This document shows, in pieces, positions 41,849 through 51,270 of a DNA stretch of 64,000 bases (its first letter is position 1; each line of letters opens with the position of its first letter). This DNA comes from Candidatus Limnocylindrales bacterium. Lineage in GTDB: Bacteria; Chloroflexota; Limnocylindria; Limnocylindrales; CSP1-4. The notes beneath the pieces were generated by a model. That model searched no databases. It was not told the DNA's origin and was given only the letters and a program-made list of their open reading frames with translations. The DNA lies in contig JBBRCU010000007.1 in assembly GCA_038204565.1 (NCBI GenBank), forward strand, positions 13,026 through 77,025, given 5' to 3'. The position numbers and the translations under genes are program-made.

Positions 41849-42169
41849 TCAGCCGGCGATGAGGTCGCGGTCTTCCGGGTGGCGCCTCAGGAAGCCTGCG
41901 ATGAACTCACACTCCGCAATGAGCTTCAGACCGCGCCGCCGGACATCGTCGAGCGCGCCACGGGCGAGGCCGCGCCCGACGCCGAGGCCCTCGGAGCCGG
42001 GCAGGACCTCGGTGTGGACGAAGACGATCGGCCCGGCCTCGTCGGCCAGCTCGTACTCGGCGATCCCGACCATCCGCTCCCCCAGCCACGCTTCGTAGCG
42101 CGATTCCTGGGGGTTGTCCTCGACCACGAGATCGGCGGCGACGACGGACGGCTCGGTCATTCGCTGCAT
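41849..42169 (-). CDS. GNAT-family N-acetyltransferase (short, YjdJ-like)
   Basis: A 106-aa protein with EYELADEAGPIVFVHTEVLPGSEGLGVGRGLARGALDDVRRRGLKLIAECEF, the acetyl-CoA binding Q/RxxGxG/A pattern. Confidence 0.6.
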   Translation of the reverse strand: MQRMTEPSVVAADLVVEDNPQESRYEAWLGERMVGIAEYELADEAGPIVFVHTEVLPGSEGLGVGRGLARGALDDVRRRGLKLIAECEFIAGFLRRHPEDRDLIAG

Positions 42170-42318
42170 CCTAGACGGTCGGCAAGAAGGCGGCTCGGTC
42201 CTGCTCCGCCTGGTTGCGAGGTCGGTCGTCGATCGGGTACGGTAACCATCTGATTACCGATGGGCGCGATGCGGCGTCGCGATCGGCCCCCGTCCTGAAT
42301 CTGCGAGGGAGATCCACG

Positions 42319-42726
42319 ATGGCCACCGGTACCGGCACGAAGACCGACCCCTGGGTCCTGAAGACCGCGCCCGGCACGTCCGAGTACACGATGTACCGCG
42401 ATGAATCGGCCAATCCGCCCCAGATCGTCTGCATGGTCGGCTCGACGAAGCTGACCTACGACGCCCGGGCGATCGACGAGCTCCAGGCGATGCTCAAGGC
42501 CCACAGCGACTGGATGCCGCTCGGGGGCGCCGACGAGCAGAAGCCGGCCCCGGACGGCTCGGTCGAAGCCTGGGGTCGCTCCGAATCGAACCCACGTGGC
42601 GGCTGGTACGGGCTGAAGAAGGGCTACCGGGGCCGGTTCGGCGTCTACCTGCCGCCGCTCCTCGAAGCCCTCGGCCTCGTCGAGCTGACCCACGACGCAA
42701 AGAACAACCAGGTCCGGGCGAAGTAG
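42319..42726 (+). CDS. conserved hypothetical protein (135 aa)
   Basis: MATGTGTKTDPWVLKTAPGTSEYTMYRDE...GGWYGLKKGYRGRFGVYLPPLLEALGLVEL. The ATG is preceded by GGGAGA. The track ORF is extended upstream. Confidence 0.45.
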   Translation: MATGTGTKTDPWVLKTAPGTSEYTMYRDESANPPQIVCMVGSTKLTYDARAIDELQAMLKAHSDWMPLGGADEQKPAPDGSVEAWGRSESNPRGGWYGLKKGYRGRFGVYLPPLLEALGLVELTHDAKNNQVRAK

Positions 42727-42728
42727 CC

Positions 42729-43157
42729 GTGACCGCATTCGAATCATCGGTCGACATCGCCGCCGGACCCGATGCGGTGTGGTCCGTCCTCATCGACGGC
42801 GCTGCGTGGCCGAGCTGGGATTCCGGCGTCGAATCGGTCGCCGGCCGGATCGCAGCCGGGGAGATGGTCACGGTTCGATCGAAGGTCGCCCCCGGCCGGG
42901 CGTTTCCAGTCAAGGTCACAGGCTTCGATCAGCCGCTGTCGTTCGTCTTCACTGGCGGGCTCCCGCTCGGCCTGTTCCGCGGGGTACGGACCTATCGACT
43001 CGTGCCCACGAAGTCTGGCACCCAGTTCTTCATGCGCGAGGAGTACTTCGGTCCGCTGGCTGGGCTCATGGTCCGCTCGATCCCTGACCTCGGGCCATCC
43101 TTCCGCCAGTTCGCAAGCGGACTGAAGACGCGCGTCGAAGCCGGCGGCGGAGGGTAG
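42729..43157 (+). CDS. SRPBCC-family protein (polyketide cyclase/dehydrase-like)
   Basis: VDIAAGPDAVWSVLIDGAAWPSWDSGVESV matches the SRPBCC N-terminal beta-strand/helix pattern. It is 142 aa. GTG start. Confidence 0.6.
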   Translation: MTAFESSVDIAAGPDAVWSVLIDGAAWPSWDSGVESVAGRIAAGEMVTVRSKVAPGRAFPVKVTGFDQPLSFVFTGGLPLGLFRGVRTYRLVPTKSGTQFFMREEYFGPLAGLMVRSIPDLGPSFRQFASGLKTRVEAGGGG

Positions 43158-43606
43158 TGCAGATGGCCCGGTCGGCAGCCGGGTTGGCGCGCCGGGCCGG
43201 CGGTGATCCCTTCGGCGCTCTCGGCGACCCGAACCGGCGGGCGATCGTCGAGCTCCTTGCCTCGGGCCCGGCGGACGGCCGATCGGTCGGCGACCTCGCG
43301 AGCGCCCTCCCGATCAGCCGGCCGGCCGTCTCCCGTCACCTCCGCCTGCTGAAGTCGGCCGGGCTCGTCGTCGAGCAGCCGCGCGGTACGCGGCGGCTCT
43401 ACCGGCTGCACGACGAGGGGCTCGAGGCAGTCCGGTCCTACCTGGAGCGGGTCTGGGGCGAGGCCGCGGCACGCTTCCGCCTCGTGGCCGAGAACACCGA
43501 TCCGAGCGCGGCCGCGGTGGAACCGGGACCGGGCGGCGAGCCGTCACGACCCGCCACGCCGGCCAGGCCCGCCACGGCGGATCGCTCCATGCGAGCCCGA
43601 CCGTGA
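43157..43606 (+). CDS. ArsR/SmtB-family transcriptional regulator
   Basis: ALGDPNRRAIVELLASGPADGRSVGDLASALPISRPAVSRHLRLLKSAGLV is the ArsR HTH. Confidence 0.8.
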   Translation: MQMARSAAGLARRAGGDPFGALGDPNRRAIVELLASGPADGRSVGDLASALPISRPAVSRHLRLLKSAGLVVEQPRGTRRLYRLHDEGLEAVRSYLERVWGEAAARFRLVAENTDPSAAAVEPGPGGEPSRPATPARPATADRSMRARP

Positions 43607-44043
43607 TCGAACCGATCCGGCTGACCTTCGAGATCGCCTGCCCTCGGGACCACGCCTTCGAGGTCTGGACCACCGGCATCGACCGCTGGTGGCCGGCCGA
43701 TCACACGGTCACCGGCGCCGCCGACCTGACCGTCGTCCTCGAGCCGCGACCCGGCGGCCGGATCTTCGAGCGGACGCTCGCGGGCGTCGAGCACGACTGG
43801 GGCGAGGTCACCGTGTGGGAGCCGCCGGCCCGCCTCGGCTATCTCTGGCACCTCCACCGCGACCGCGCCGACGCGACCGAGGTGGAGATCCGGTTCGTGG
43901 CTGCCGGGGAGCGACGGACGCGGGTCGAGATCGAGCACCGCGGCTGGGAGGCGCTCGGGGCCGAAGGGGAAACCTGGCGCGACCGCAACCACGGCGGCTG
44001 GGCGACCCTCCTGCCGTGGTTCGTGTCGGCTGCCCAGGACTGA
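43603..44043 (+). CDS. SRPBCC protein, AHSA1 (activator of Hsp90 ATPase homolog)-like
   Basis: The GTG overlaps the arsR stop (GTGA). FEVWTTGIDRWWPADH and IEHRGWEALG match AHSA1-like proteins, which are commonly paired with ArsR. Confidence 0.7.
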   Translation: MIEPIRLTFEIACPRDHAFEVWTTGIDRWWPADHTVTGAADLTVVLEPRPGGRIFERTLAGVEHDWGEVTVWEPPARLGYLWHLHRDRADATEVEIRFVAAGERRTRVEIEHRGWEALGAEGETWRDRNHGGWATLLPWFVSAAQD

Positions 44044-44225
44044 CGCACGCTCGTCCACAGCGCCACCCGGCGATCGCTTCATGACACGCCGACTTGAGCA
44101 CGACCCAACCGCCAGGTAACGGGCGGGTGATCGCGGTGTGGCATGCTGACACCTGCGAGCCGTCCGCCGCCACATCGTCGCCGGACCGTCGCGCCAGGAC
44201 CTGAACCCGGAGGACCGCTCAGCCA

Positions 44226-44630
44226 GTGCCGCCCCGCAAGCGCCGGACCGTCTACCCACCGCCCCGCAACGCAGTGCGCCCGCCCCGACCGGGCGAGCCG
44301 GGAGGCCCGGGTGGTCCGCCGATCGGCGAGCCGTATGTCCGCCCGACCGTTGCGTCGATCAACCTGTCGGCAAGCACCGGCCGGGCTGGCCTCAAGGTCG
44401 GTGATCGCGTCCGGATCAACGGGACCGGGCTGTACTCGGGCGAGTTTGCGATGATCGAGAAGTTGACGACCGGCGCTATTCCGTCAGCGGTCGTCCGGAC
44501 GGAAGCCGGCCGGACGCGCCAGGTCCGGACGATCGACCTCGAGCCGGTCAGCGCACCGCCGCCCCCGGCGTCGCCCGCTCCGGCCCCGGCTGCAGTGCCC
44601 GACGGCGCACCGGATCCGAGCGAGGGCTGA
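44226..44630 (+). CDS. hypothetical protein, basic Pro-rich N-terminus and Pro/Ala-rich C-terminus (134 aa)
   Basis: GTG start. The central segment KVGDRVRINGTGLYSGEFAMIEKL looks like a small beta-barrel. It ends 13 nt before uvrD2. Confidence 0.4.
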   Translation: MPPRKRRTVYPPPRNAVRPPRPGEPGGPGGPPIGEPYVRPTVASINLSASTGRAGLKVGDRVRINGTGLYSGEFAMIEKLTTGAIPSAVVRTEAGRTRQVRTIDLEPVSAPPPPASPAPAPAAVPDGAPDPSEG

Positions 44631-44643
44631 TCGGGAGTCGGAC

Positions 44644-46671
44644 GTGGCGATCGCACCGCGGGCCGACGCCGAGGCGCTGCTCAACGACCTGAACCCGGCC
44701 CAGCGCGAGGCAGTCACGGCTGCCCGCGGCCCGGTCGCGATCCTCGCCGGGGCGGGAACCGGCAAGACCCGGGTGATCAGCCGGCGTACCGCGTTCGCGA
44801 TCGCGACCGGGGTCGTCGCGGCCGATCAGGCCCTCGTCGTCACCTTCACCGAGAAGGCCGCTCGTGAGATGGTGGAGCGTCTGGCCCTGCTCGGCCTGCC
44901 TGGCGTCGTCGCCCGGACGTTCCACGCCCATGCCCTCTCGCAGCTCCGGTTCTTCTGGCCGTCGCGGCACGCTGGCGCTCCGCTGCCCGCGCTCCTGGAT
45001 TCGAAGATCCCCATCCTCGCCCGCGCCGCGCGCGGCCTGCCAGCGCCGTTCAAGTTCACCCCGATCCGGGATCTCGCGACCGAGATCGAGTGGGCGAAGT
45101 CGCGCGGGATCGGTCCTGCCGGCTACGAGGCAGCGCTCGGGCCCCGCGAGCCACCGATCCGGGTGGACCTGATGGCCCGGATCTTCGGTGACTACGAGCG
45201 GACGAAGACCCGCAACGGCCAGATCGACTTCGACGACCTCCTCGCCGGCACGATCGAGCTCCTCGAGACGGACGACGAGGCCGCCGGGATCATCCGGGCC
45301 CGCAAGTCGTGGTTCAGCGTCGACGAGTACCAGGACACGAACCCCCACCAGCAGCGGCTCCTCGAGCTGTGGGCCGGCGGCCGCGACGATCTCTGCGTGG
45401 TCGGCGACGAGGACCAGACCATCTACACGTTCACGGGCGCCACCTCGGCCTATCTGACCGGGTTCGCGGCACGCCATCAGGGTGCCCGGGTCATCACCCT
45501 GACCGAGAACTATCGCTCGACACCGGAGATCCTCGGTCTCGCCAACCGCCTCCTTGCTGCTGACGGCCGATCGAAGGCGCTGACCGCCACGCGGCCGGCG
45601 GGAACGCCGCCGACGATCGAGGGCTACCCCGACGGGGCGATGGAGCTGGCCGCCCTGACCCGGACGATCCGCGGACTGCTGGCGACCGGCGACCCGGACC
45701 GGTTCGAGCCGGCCGAGATCGCGATCCTGGTCCGGATGAACGCTCAGATGGCGCCGCTCGAGGACGCCCTGACCCGCGCCGGTATCGCCTACCAGGTCCG
45801 CGGCGTCCGGTTCTACGATCGACCCGAGGTCGTTGCCGCGTTGGCGATCATCCGGCGCCTCCCGTCCGAGGCGACCGGCCGGCCGCTCGCGGCCGCGATC
45901 CGCTCGGCCTTCCGCGATGAGCTGGGCCACGAGACGGGTGGCGCCACCACAGTTCCCGACGGTCCGCGCGGCGACGAGGCGCGCGAGCGGGCGGCCGCGA
46001 TCGAGACGGTCCTGGCCATCGTCGACGAGGTCATCCGGGCCGACCCGGCCGCCGAGCGGGCGCGGATCGTGGCCGAGCTCGAGGCGCGGGCGGCCCACGA
46101 GCGGGCCGGATCCGTCGACGGCGTGAATCTGCTCACGTACCACCGGGCCAAGGGCCTCGAATGGGACGCCGTCTTCCTGCCGATGCTCGAGGACGGCACG
46201 CTCCCGATCCGCCAGGCGATCGACGACGACGCCGCCCTGGCGGAGGAGCGGCGGCTGCTCTACGTCGGGATCACTCGGGCGCGCCGCCGGTTGCACCTGT
46301 CGTGGGCCGATCGACGGGAGACCCGCGGCCGGGAGACCCGCCGGACCCGCAGCCGCTTCCTTTCGGGACTTCAACCGTCCACCACCCGCTCGACCGGCGC
46401 CGGGCGGGCCAGGCTCCCGGCCCCGGTCAGGATCAGAGCCCGACCGGTCGCCGGCGAGGATCCGCTGTTCGACGCACTCCGCGCCTGGCGGACCGAGCGC
46501 GCCCGGGCCGACCAGGTGCCGGCATACGTCGTGGCTTCGGACGAAACTCTGGCCGCGATTGCGTCGGCCCGGCCGACAACCCTCATCGGACTGGAGCGGG
46601 TGAAGGGGATCGGCCCCGCCAAGCTCGACCGTTACGGGGCGGAGGTCCTCGCGGTCGTCGCGGCAGGGTAG
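44644..46671 (+). CDS. UvrD/PcrA-family ATP-dependent DNA helicase with C-terminal HRDC domain (UvrD2-like)
   Basis: AILAGAGTGKT (Walker A), DEYQDTNPHQQRLL, VGDEDQTIYTFTGA. The C-terminal HRDC-like region is ALRAWRTERARADQVPAYVVASDETLAAIASARPTT...GIGPAKLDRYG. Confidence 0.8.
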   Translation: MAIAPRADAEALLNDLNPAQREAVTAARGPVAILAGAGTGKTRVISRRTAFAIATGVVAADQALVVTFTEKAAREMVERLALLGLPGVVARTFHAHALSQLRFFWPSRHAGAPLPALLDSKIPILARAARGLPAPFKFTPIRDLATEIEWAKSRGIGPAGYEAALGPREPPIRVDLMARIFGDYERTKTRNGQIDFDDLLAGTIELLETDDEAAGIIRARKSWFSVDEYQDTNPHQQRLLELWAGGRDDLCVVGDEDQTIYTFTGATSAYLTGFAARHQGARVITLTENYRSTPEILGLANRLLAADGRSKALTATRPAGTPPTIEGYPDGAMELAALTRTIRGLLATGDPDRFEPAEIAILVRMNAQMAPLEDALTRAGIAYQVRGVRFYDRPEVVAALAIIRRLPSEATGRPLAAAIRSAFRDELGHETGGATTVPDGPRGDEARERAAAIETVLAIVDEVIRADPAAERARIVAELEARAAHERAGSVDGVNLLTYHRAKGLEWDAVFLPMLEDGTLPIRQAIDDDAALAEERRLLYVGITRARRRLHLSWADRRETRGRETRRTRSRFLSGLQPSTTRSTGAGRARLPAPVRIRARPVAGEDPLFDALRAWRTERARADQVPAYVVASDETLAAIASARPTTLIGLERVKGIGPAKLDRYGAEVLAVVAAG

Positions 46672-46736
46672 GGCGCTCTGCAAGCGGGGAGGCCGGCGAT
46701 GGGTCGCCGATCCTCGCCCGATCGGCGGACCGCCAG

Positions 46737-48041
46737 ATGGTCCGCCTGCCGATCCCTGCTGACGGACCGGCCCGGATCGGGCAGGCTGCTCGGATGGACC
46801 CCGCGAATCCGATCCAGCCGGTCGCCGGGTCGCCCGGCGCCATCCTCCGCCCGGCGATCGTCTACGCCCTCCTGTTCGGGGCGCAGGGCGCGTATCTCCC
46901 GTACATCGCGCTCTTTCTCGCCTCGACCGGGGTCGATCTTGGGACCGTCGGGGCACTGATCGCGCTGTTCGCGGTCGTGGGGCTCGTGGCGGCGCCGGCG
47001 TGGGGTGCCCTGGCCGACGGGATCGGCGACGTCCGTGGGCCGGTCGTCGTCGCGGGCGTGCTGTCGGGCGGGGCCGCCCTTCTCCTCGCGGTCGCCGTCG
47101 GGCCGCTGGCACTCGCCGTCGCGACGGCGCTCCTCGCCGCGACCTGGGCCGGGGTGATCCCGATGGTCGACAGCCAGGCGGTGCGGATCGTCGGCCATCG
47201 CGACCGGTTCGGCCAGGTGCGCGGGCCGGGCTCGGGCGCATTCGTGGTGATCGCCTTTGTCGCCGGCGCGATCGTGGGCGTTGCCGGTCCGCGCGGAATG
47301 TTCCTGATCTTCGGGCCGCTGGTCGTGCTGACCGGGATCGGGGCGTTCCTGCTGCTCCGTCTGCCGCCCTCCCCGAGCGGTGCTGCCCGGGTCCGGATCC
47401 GATCCGGCGGTGGCGCGAGCCGGACGCTTGCCGGTCTCTCGCCGGCGACGATCCTCGGCGTCCTCCGGACGCCGCGGCTCGGGCTCTTCTTCGTGGCCTC
47501 AGTCGCCGTCTGGACGTCGCATGCGGCCCTCCAGGGGTTCATCTCGCTGCGAGTGCGCGACCTCGGCGGCGACGCAACCGCGGTCGCGGCGGCGTGGTCC
47601 CTCGGCGCCGTGATCGAGGTGCCCCTGATGACGACGTTCCCGCGCTTCGCCCGGCGCTTCGGGACGGAGCGCCTGATCGTCGTCGGCGCCGTCGCGTTCG
47701 CGATCCGGGCGGCGCTCAGCGCGATCGTGGACACGCCGACCGCGATCGTCCTCGCCGCGGCGTTCGGCGGCATCGGGTTCTCGTTCTTCTATGTCGGGAC
47801 GGTGACGTGGGTCGCCGCGTCGGTTGGGCGGAGCGTCCAGGCGACGGCGCAGGGGATCGTCAGCGGGACCGCCCAGAGCATCGGCGCGATCGGCGGCTCC
47901 ATCATCGGCGGGGCAATCGGCGGCGTCTTCGGGCTGCCGGCCCTGTTCGGGATCGCGGCGGCCGGCTACCTCATCGGGGCGATCCTGGTCTGGCTCGCCA
48001 TTGCCCGCCGGATCGGGCCGCTGCGGCAGTCGCCGGCCTGA
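46737..48041 (+). CDS. MFS transporter
   Basis: Twelve TM helices and the MFS motif GALADGIGDVRGPVV. The start is the ATG at 46737 or 46794. Confidence 0.7.
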   Translation: MVRLPIPADGPARIGQAARMDPANPIQPVAGSPGAILRPAIVYALLFGAQGAYLPYIALFLASTGVDLGTVGALIALFAVVGLVAAPAWGALADGIGDVRGPVVVAGVLSGGAALLLAVAVGPLALAVATALLAATWAGVIPMVDSQAVRIVGHRDRFGQVRGPGSGAFVVIAFVAGAIVGVAGPRGMFLIFGPLVVLTGIGAFLLLRLPPSPSGAARVRIRSGGGASRTLAGLSPATILGVLRTPRLGLFFVASVAVWTSHAALQGFISLRVRDLGGDATAVAAAWSLGAVIEVPLMTTFPRFARRFGTERLIVVGAVAFAIRAALSAIVDTPTAIVLAAAFGGIGFSFFYVGTVTWVAASVGRSVQATAQGIVSGTAQSIGAIGGSIIGGAIGGVFGLPALFGIAAAGYLIGAILVWLAIARRIGPLRQSPA

Positions 48042-48050
48042 GCGGCGGGC

Positions 48051-48857
48051 TCAGACCTCGATCGTCGTGGCCTCGCCGGGTTGCAGGAGGCGGACCTCCA
48101 GGGCGGGTGCCAGCTCCGCAGCGGAGGCGACGAACCGGGTCGCCGGCCCCATGAGACGGCCGCCAGCGACTCTCTCCAGTTTCGGCAGATAGAGGGTTCC
48201 CCAGTGGATCGGCACGGCGACCTGCGCCGCGAGGTCGCGGGCAACCCGCGCCGCCGACCTCGGGGTCAGGTGCCCGGGCGAGCGGTGCGGCCCCCAGCTG
48301 CCGACCGGCAGCAGGGCGAGGTCGACCTGATCAGCGAACTCCACCATCTCCGGGTACGGGGCGGTGTCGCCGGCAAAGTAGATGCCGGGCCCGGATTCAC
48401 GGTCATCCCCGGGCCGCTCGATGAGGTAACCGATGGCCGTGGCCCGTGGGGCGCCCGGCCAGCGCCAATGACGGGCCCGCACCGGCCTGACCGTCCGGCC
48501 GCCGCCGATCGCGATCGACTCGCCGACGACGGTCCCACGGGCGCGATGTCCCGCCCGCTCGACGAGGGCTTCGAGCCCGCGTGGCACGATCACCAACGGA
48601 TCGCCCGCGACCATCGCCAGCGAGCGGCGGTCGAAGTGATCCGGGTGGGCGTGCGAGATCAGGACGACGTCAACTGGCCCGATCGCGTCGGGATTGGGGA
48701 CTGGCCCGTGGCGGCGGAGCGGTCCGAGCCGCTCGCGCAGGAACGGATCGGTCAGGATCCGCACCGCGGGAAGCTCGAGCAGGACGGTGGCGTGGCCGAG
48801 AAAGCGGACCTCGACCGACGAGGGGCGCCCGGCAGGTTCTGCTCCAGGCGCGCTCAC
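48051..48857 (-). CDS. MBL-fold metallo-hydrolase
   Basis: VRFLGHATVLLE...VVLISHAHPDHFD (HxHxDH zinc motif). The track ORF runs to 49172, but its Arg/Gly-rich N-terminus overlaps the upstream gene. The in-frame GTG near 48857 overlaps that gene's stop. Confidence 0.6.
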   Translation of the reverse strand: MSAPGAEPAGRPSSVEVRFLGHATVLLELPAVRILTDPFLRERLGPLRRHGPVPNPDAIGPVDVVLISHAHPDHFDRRSLAMVAGDPLVIVPRGLEALVERAGHRARGTVVGESIAIGGGRTVRPVRARHWRWPGAPRATAIGYLIERPGDDRESGPGIYFAGDTAPYPEMVEFADQVDLALLPVGSWGPHRSPGHLTPRSAARVARDLAAQVAVPIHWGTLYLPKLERVAGGRLMGPATRFVASAAELAPALEVRLLQPGEATTIEV

Positions 48858-49654
48858 CGGGCGGCGGCGATCGCCTGCTCGGCCAGCGAGTCCCGTCCGC
48901 CGGCGATGGCGATCGGCGCGCCGCCCCGACGCCAGCCCGCCACGGCATGGCGCCAGCCGCGGCGGCGCTCCGTGGGCGAGTGCGGCATCCGGAGCAAGGT
49001 GATCAGGCCGCCGGCGATCGCGCCCAATGCCGACTCGGCGAGATCCGCCATCGTGTCCTCGTAGGTCAGGTCGAGCCCGTCGGCGCCGGCCTTCCAGGCG
49101 ACGTATTCCGCGATCTCCCAGGCTGTCTCGCCGGCGATTGCGGTCCCCGTCCCGGCCAGCGCTGCCTGCCACGGCCGATCGACCTGCGTGCCGAACAGGG
49201 AGCCTGCGATTCCACTGACGAGCGCCGCGTTCAGGAAATGAACGACATCGTCGAGATGAGCTTTCTCGTACAGCCCGAGGGCGTTCCCGCCGGCGTCGAT
49301 CAGGAGGGGCAGCGTCACCGCGAGGTCAAGGCCGCGCGGATAGCGGCCACGGTCCGGCAGGATGCGCCAGATCGCGGGGACGAGGAACAGGCCGCCGGTG
49401 TAGCCGATTGCCCGCGTCCGGATCCCCTTCCCGCGGAAGCGTGGCGTGTCCGCGTTCAGGAACCCATCGACGGCGCAGGCGATCGTTGCCCCTTTCGCGG
49501 CGATGATCGCGGCCTCGAGGGCGCGATCAAACCAGATCGGAGGCCGGAACACCAGCCCGGCGGGAGCGGGCGTGTCGGCGCCGCCTGCACCGGGGGACTC
49601 GGCTGGCTCGTCCGGAACGTGACCGGGCTCGGTCGTTGGCGTCGTCGTTGTCAC
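48854..49654 (-). CDS. hypothetical protein
   Basis: The C-terminal ~230 aa are protein-like (PPIWFDRALEAAIIAAKGATIACAVDGFLNADTPRFRGKGIRTRAIGYTGGLFLVPAIW...). The track ORF N-terminus to 50176 is antisense to the sigma-factor gene and is rejected. Start guessed at the GTG at 49654. Confidence 0.35.
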   Translation of the reverse strand: MTTTTPTTEPGHVPDEPAESPGAGGADTPAPAGLVFRPPIWFDRALEAAIIAAKGATIACAVDGFLNADTPRFRGKGIRTRAIGYTGGLFLVPAIWRILPDRGRYPRGLDLAVTLPLLIDAGGNALGLYEKAHLDDVVHFLNAALVSGIAGSLFGTQVDRPWQAALAGTGTAIAGETAWEIAEYVAWKAGADGLDLTYEDTMADLAESALGAIAGGLITLLRMPHSPTERRRGWRHAVAGWRRGGAPIAIAGGRDSLAEQAIAAAR

Positions 49655-49851
49655 GATGCGAGGTGTACCGCATCCGGTGTCAGGGCGGCGGTTGTCGTGC
49701 CGTCCGGCGCCTTGCAATCTCGTGCGGCGTCCGAGCCCACGAGGGACGCGCGATGGGCGGACCTTGCATCTGCCTGACAATCCACATCGACCGTGGACAA
49801 CTCCGGGTCCGCGGCTGCAACAATCGGCCGGCCTCGTGCCTCTGGGGATGC

Positions 49852-50358
49852 ATGGACAGCGACGCCCGACCGTTCGCCCGACTTCGCCGTCCGGTGGTCG
49901 ACGCGGTCGATCTCGACCGGCGGTTCGGCCTCGCCCGGCCGCGGCTCGAGCGGATCTGCGGGTCCCTGGTTGGCGCGTCCGACGCCGCGGACGTCGTCCA
50001 CGATACGTACCTCGTCGCGCGGGCGCGGATCGGCCAGCTGCGCGACCCGGCCGCCCTGGAGGCGTGGCTGACTCGGATCGCCATCCGCGCCTGTTACGAC
50101 GTCCGTCGCCGCGGGCGCCGAACCGTTGCGTACCCGATCGCGGTCCTCGCGGCGCCCGCCGGACGGGACGCCGCACTCATCGAGCTGGTCGAAGGTCTGC
50201 CACCGGCCGATCGGACGATCATCGTCCTCCACTACGGGCATGGCTACGGGCTCGATGAGATCGCCGTGCTCCTTGGCCTGAACTACGCGACGGTCCGGAG
50301 CCGGATCGCACGGGCTCGGATCCGGCTGTTCCGAGCGTGGACGGAGGACGAGCGATGA
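49852..50358 (+). CDS. ECF (sigma-70 family group 4) RNA polymerase sigma factor
   Basis: Region 2: DVVHDTYLVARARIGQLRDPAALEAWLTRIAIRACYDVRRR. Region 4 HTH: LPPADRTIIVLHYGHGYGLDEIAVLLGLNYATVRSRIARARIRL. It is 169 aa from the ATG at 49852. Confidence 0.75.
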   Translation: MDSDARPFARLRRPVVDAVDLDRRFGLARPRLERICGSLVGASDAADVVHDTYLVARARIGQLRDPAALEAWLTRIAIRACYDVRRRGRRTVAYPIAVLAAPAGRDAALIELVEGLPPADRTIIVLHYGHGYGLDEIAVLLGLNYATVRSRIARARIRLFRAWTEDER

Positions 50359-51236
50359 AGCGGCTCCGGCTTGTTCCGGATTCGCACGTCGCAGCCGCCC
50401 TCATCGGCGAGCCACGGCCACCGACACCTGCCGAGATTCACCACCTCGCCTCGTGTCCGCGCTACTTTATGGATGTCCGCCGCGGGCGCGCCTTCGAACT
50501 TCGTCTTGCGGAGGCCATCGGCTCACTAACTCCTGTCTCGATCCCGCACGAGGTCCTGATGATGTCGACGCCGCCGGTCCGCCGCCTCCGCCTGCCGTCG
50601 GCGATGAGCCTTTTCGTCGTCGCCGCACTGATCGCGGCGTTCGGCTTGGTCGCCTTCACGATGCTGCCCCGCGGGACCGAAGATGTCGCCGCGCTCGCGT
50701 CGGGCTCGCCGATCCCGGAGCCGTCGACCGATCCGCACCTCGTCGTCGCCGCCGGCTTCACGTGGCGGATCTCGATCGCTGGGTCCGCCATCGAGATCCA
50801 CCGCCGCGGACCCGGCAGTGCGCTCGGCGCGACTGCCACAGGAGGCGGACCGTCGGAGGACCTGATGCTCAGCTGGGACCTCGGACCGGCCGTTGGGGGC
50901 GGCGCCTCTGGCTATCTCCGTTGCCCGCGAGCGGGCGGCGGGGACCAGTGGGTCATCTTCGGCCATGCGGAGCCCAATCCGCCGTTCAACCCGGCGCCGT
51001 CGCAGACCCCGGCCTGGACGCAGACCGGAAGGCCCCTCTTCGCTTACGACGGGCCGCCCGCGACGGGCCAGGCGGCGCCGGACGGGCTGTGGCTGTACGT
51101 GATCGACCCGGCGAGGTTCGATCCGAATCGCGCGATCCGCATCACCTCGCCGACAGGGACCGGAGGAGGGTTCGGCGGCCTAAAAGCGTATCCGACCGAC
51201 ATCCGCGAGCCGTCCGGCTGCTTCTTCTCCGGCTGA
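50355..51236 (+). CDS. putative anti-sigma factor (single-pass membrane protein)
   Basis: The ATG overlaps the sigma-factor stop (ATGA). An ~80-aa cytoplasmic N-terminus, a single TM (AMSLFVVAALIAAFGLVAFTML), and a ~190-aa Gly/Pro-rich extracytoplasmic domain. Assignment is by position and topology only. Confidence 0.45.
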   Translation: MKRLRLVPDSHVAAALIGEPRPPTPAEIHHLASCPRYFMDVRRGRAFELRLAEAIGSLTPVSIPHEVLMMSTPPVRRLRLPSAMSLFVVAALIAAFGLVAFTMLPRGTEDVAALASGSPIPEPSTDPHLVVAAGFTWRISIAGSAIEIHRRGPGSALGATATGGGPSEDLMLSWDLGPAVGGGASGYLRCPRAGGGDQWVIFGHAEPNPPFNPAPSQTPAWTQTGRPLFAYDGPPATGQAAPDGLWLYVIDPARFDPNRAIRITSPTGTGGGFGGLKAYPTDIREPSGCFFSG

Positions 51237-51270
51237 GACCTCCGTTGCGCCGGAGGACCACAACGGAATG

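Noticed and set aside
46161-46736. A 5' extension of the MFS ORF (track start 46161) overlapping the uvrD2 3' end
   Set aside because: The extension is antisense-like Arg/Gly-rich sequence overlapping UvrD2's HRDC domain. The hydrophobic MFS body begins after the ATG at 46737/46794.
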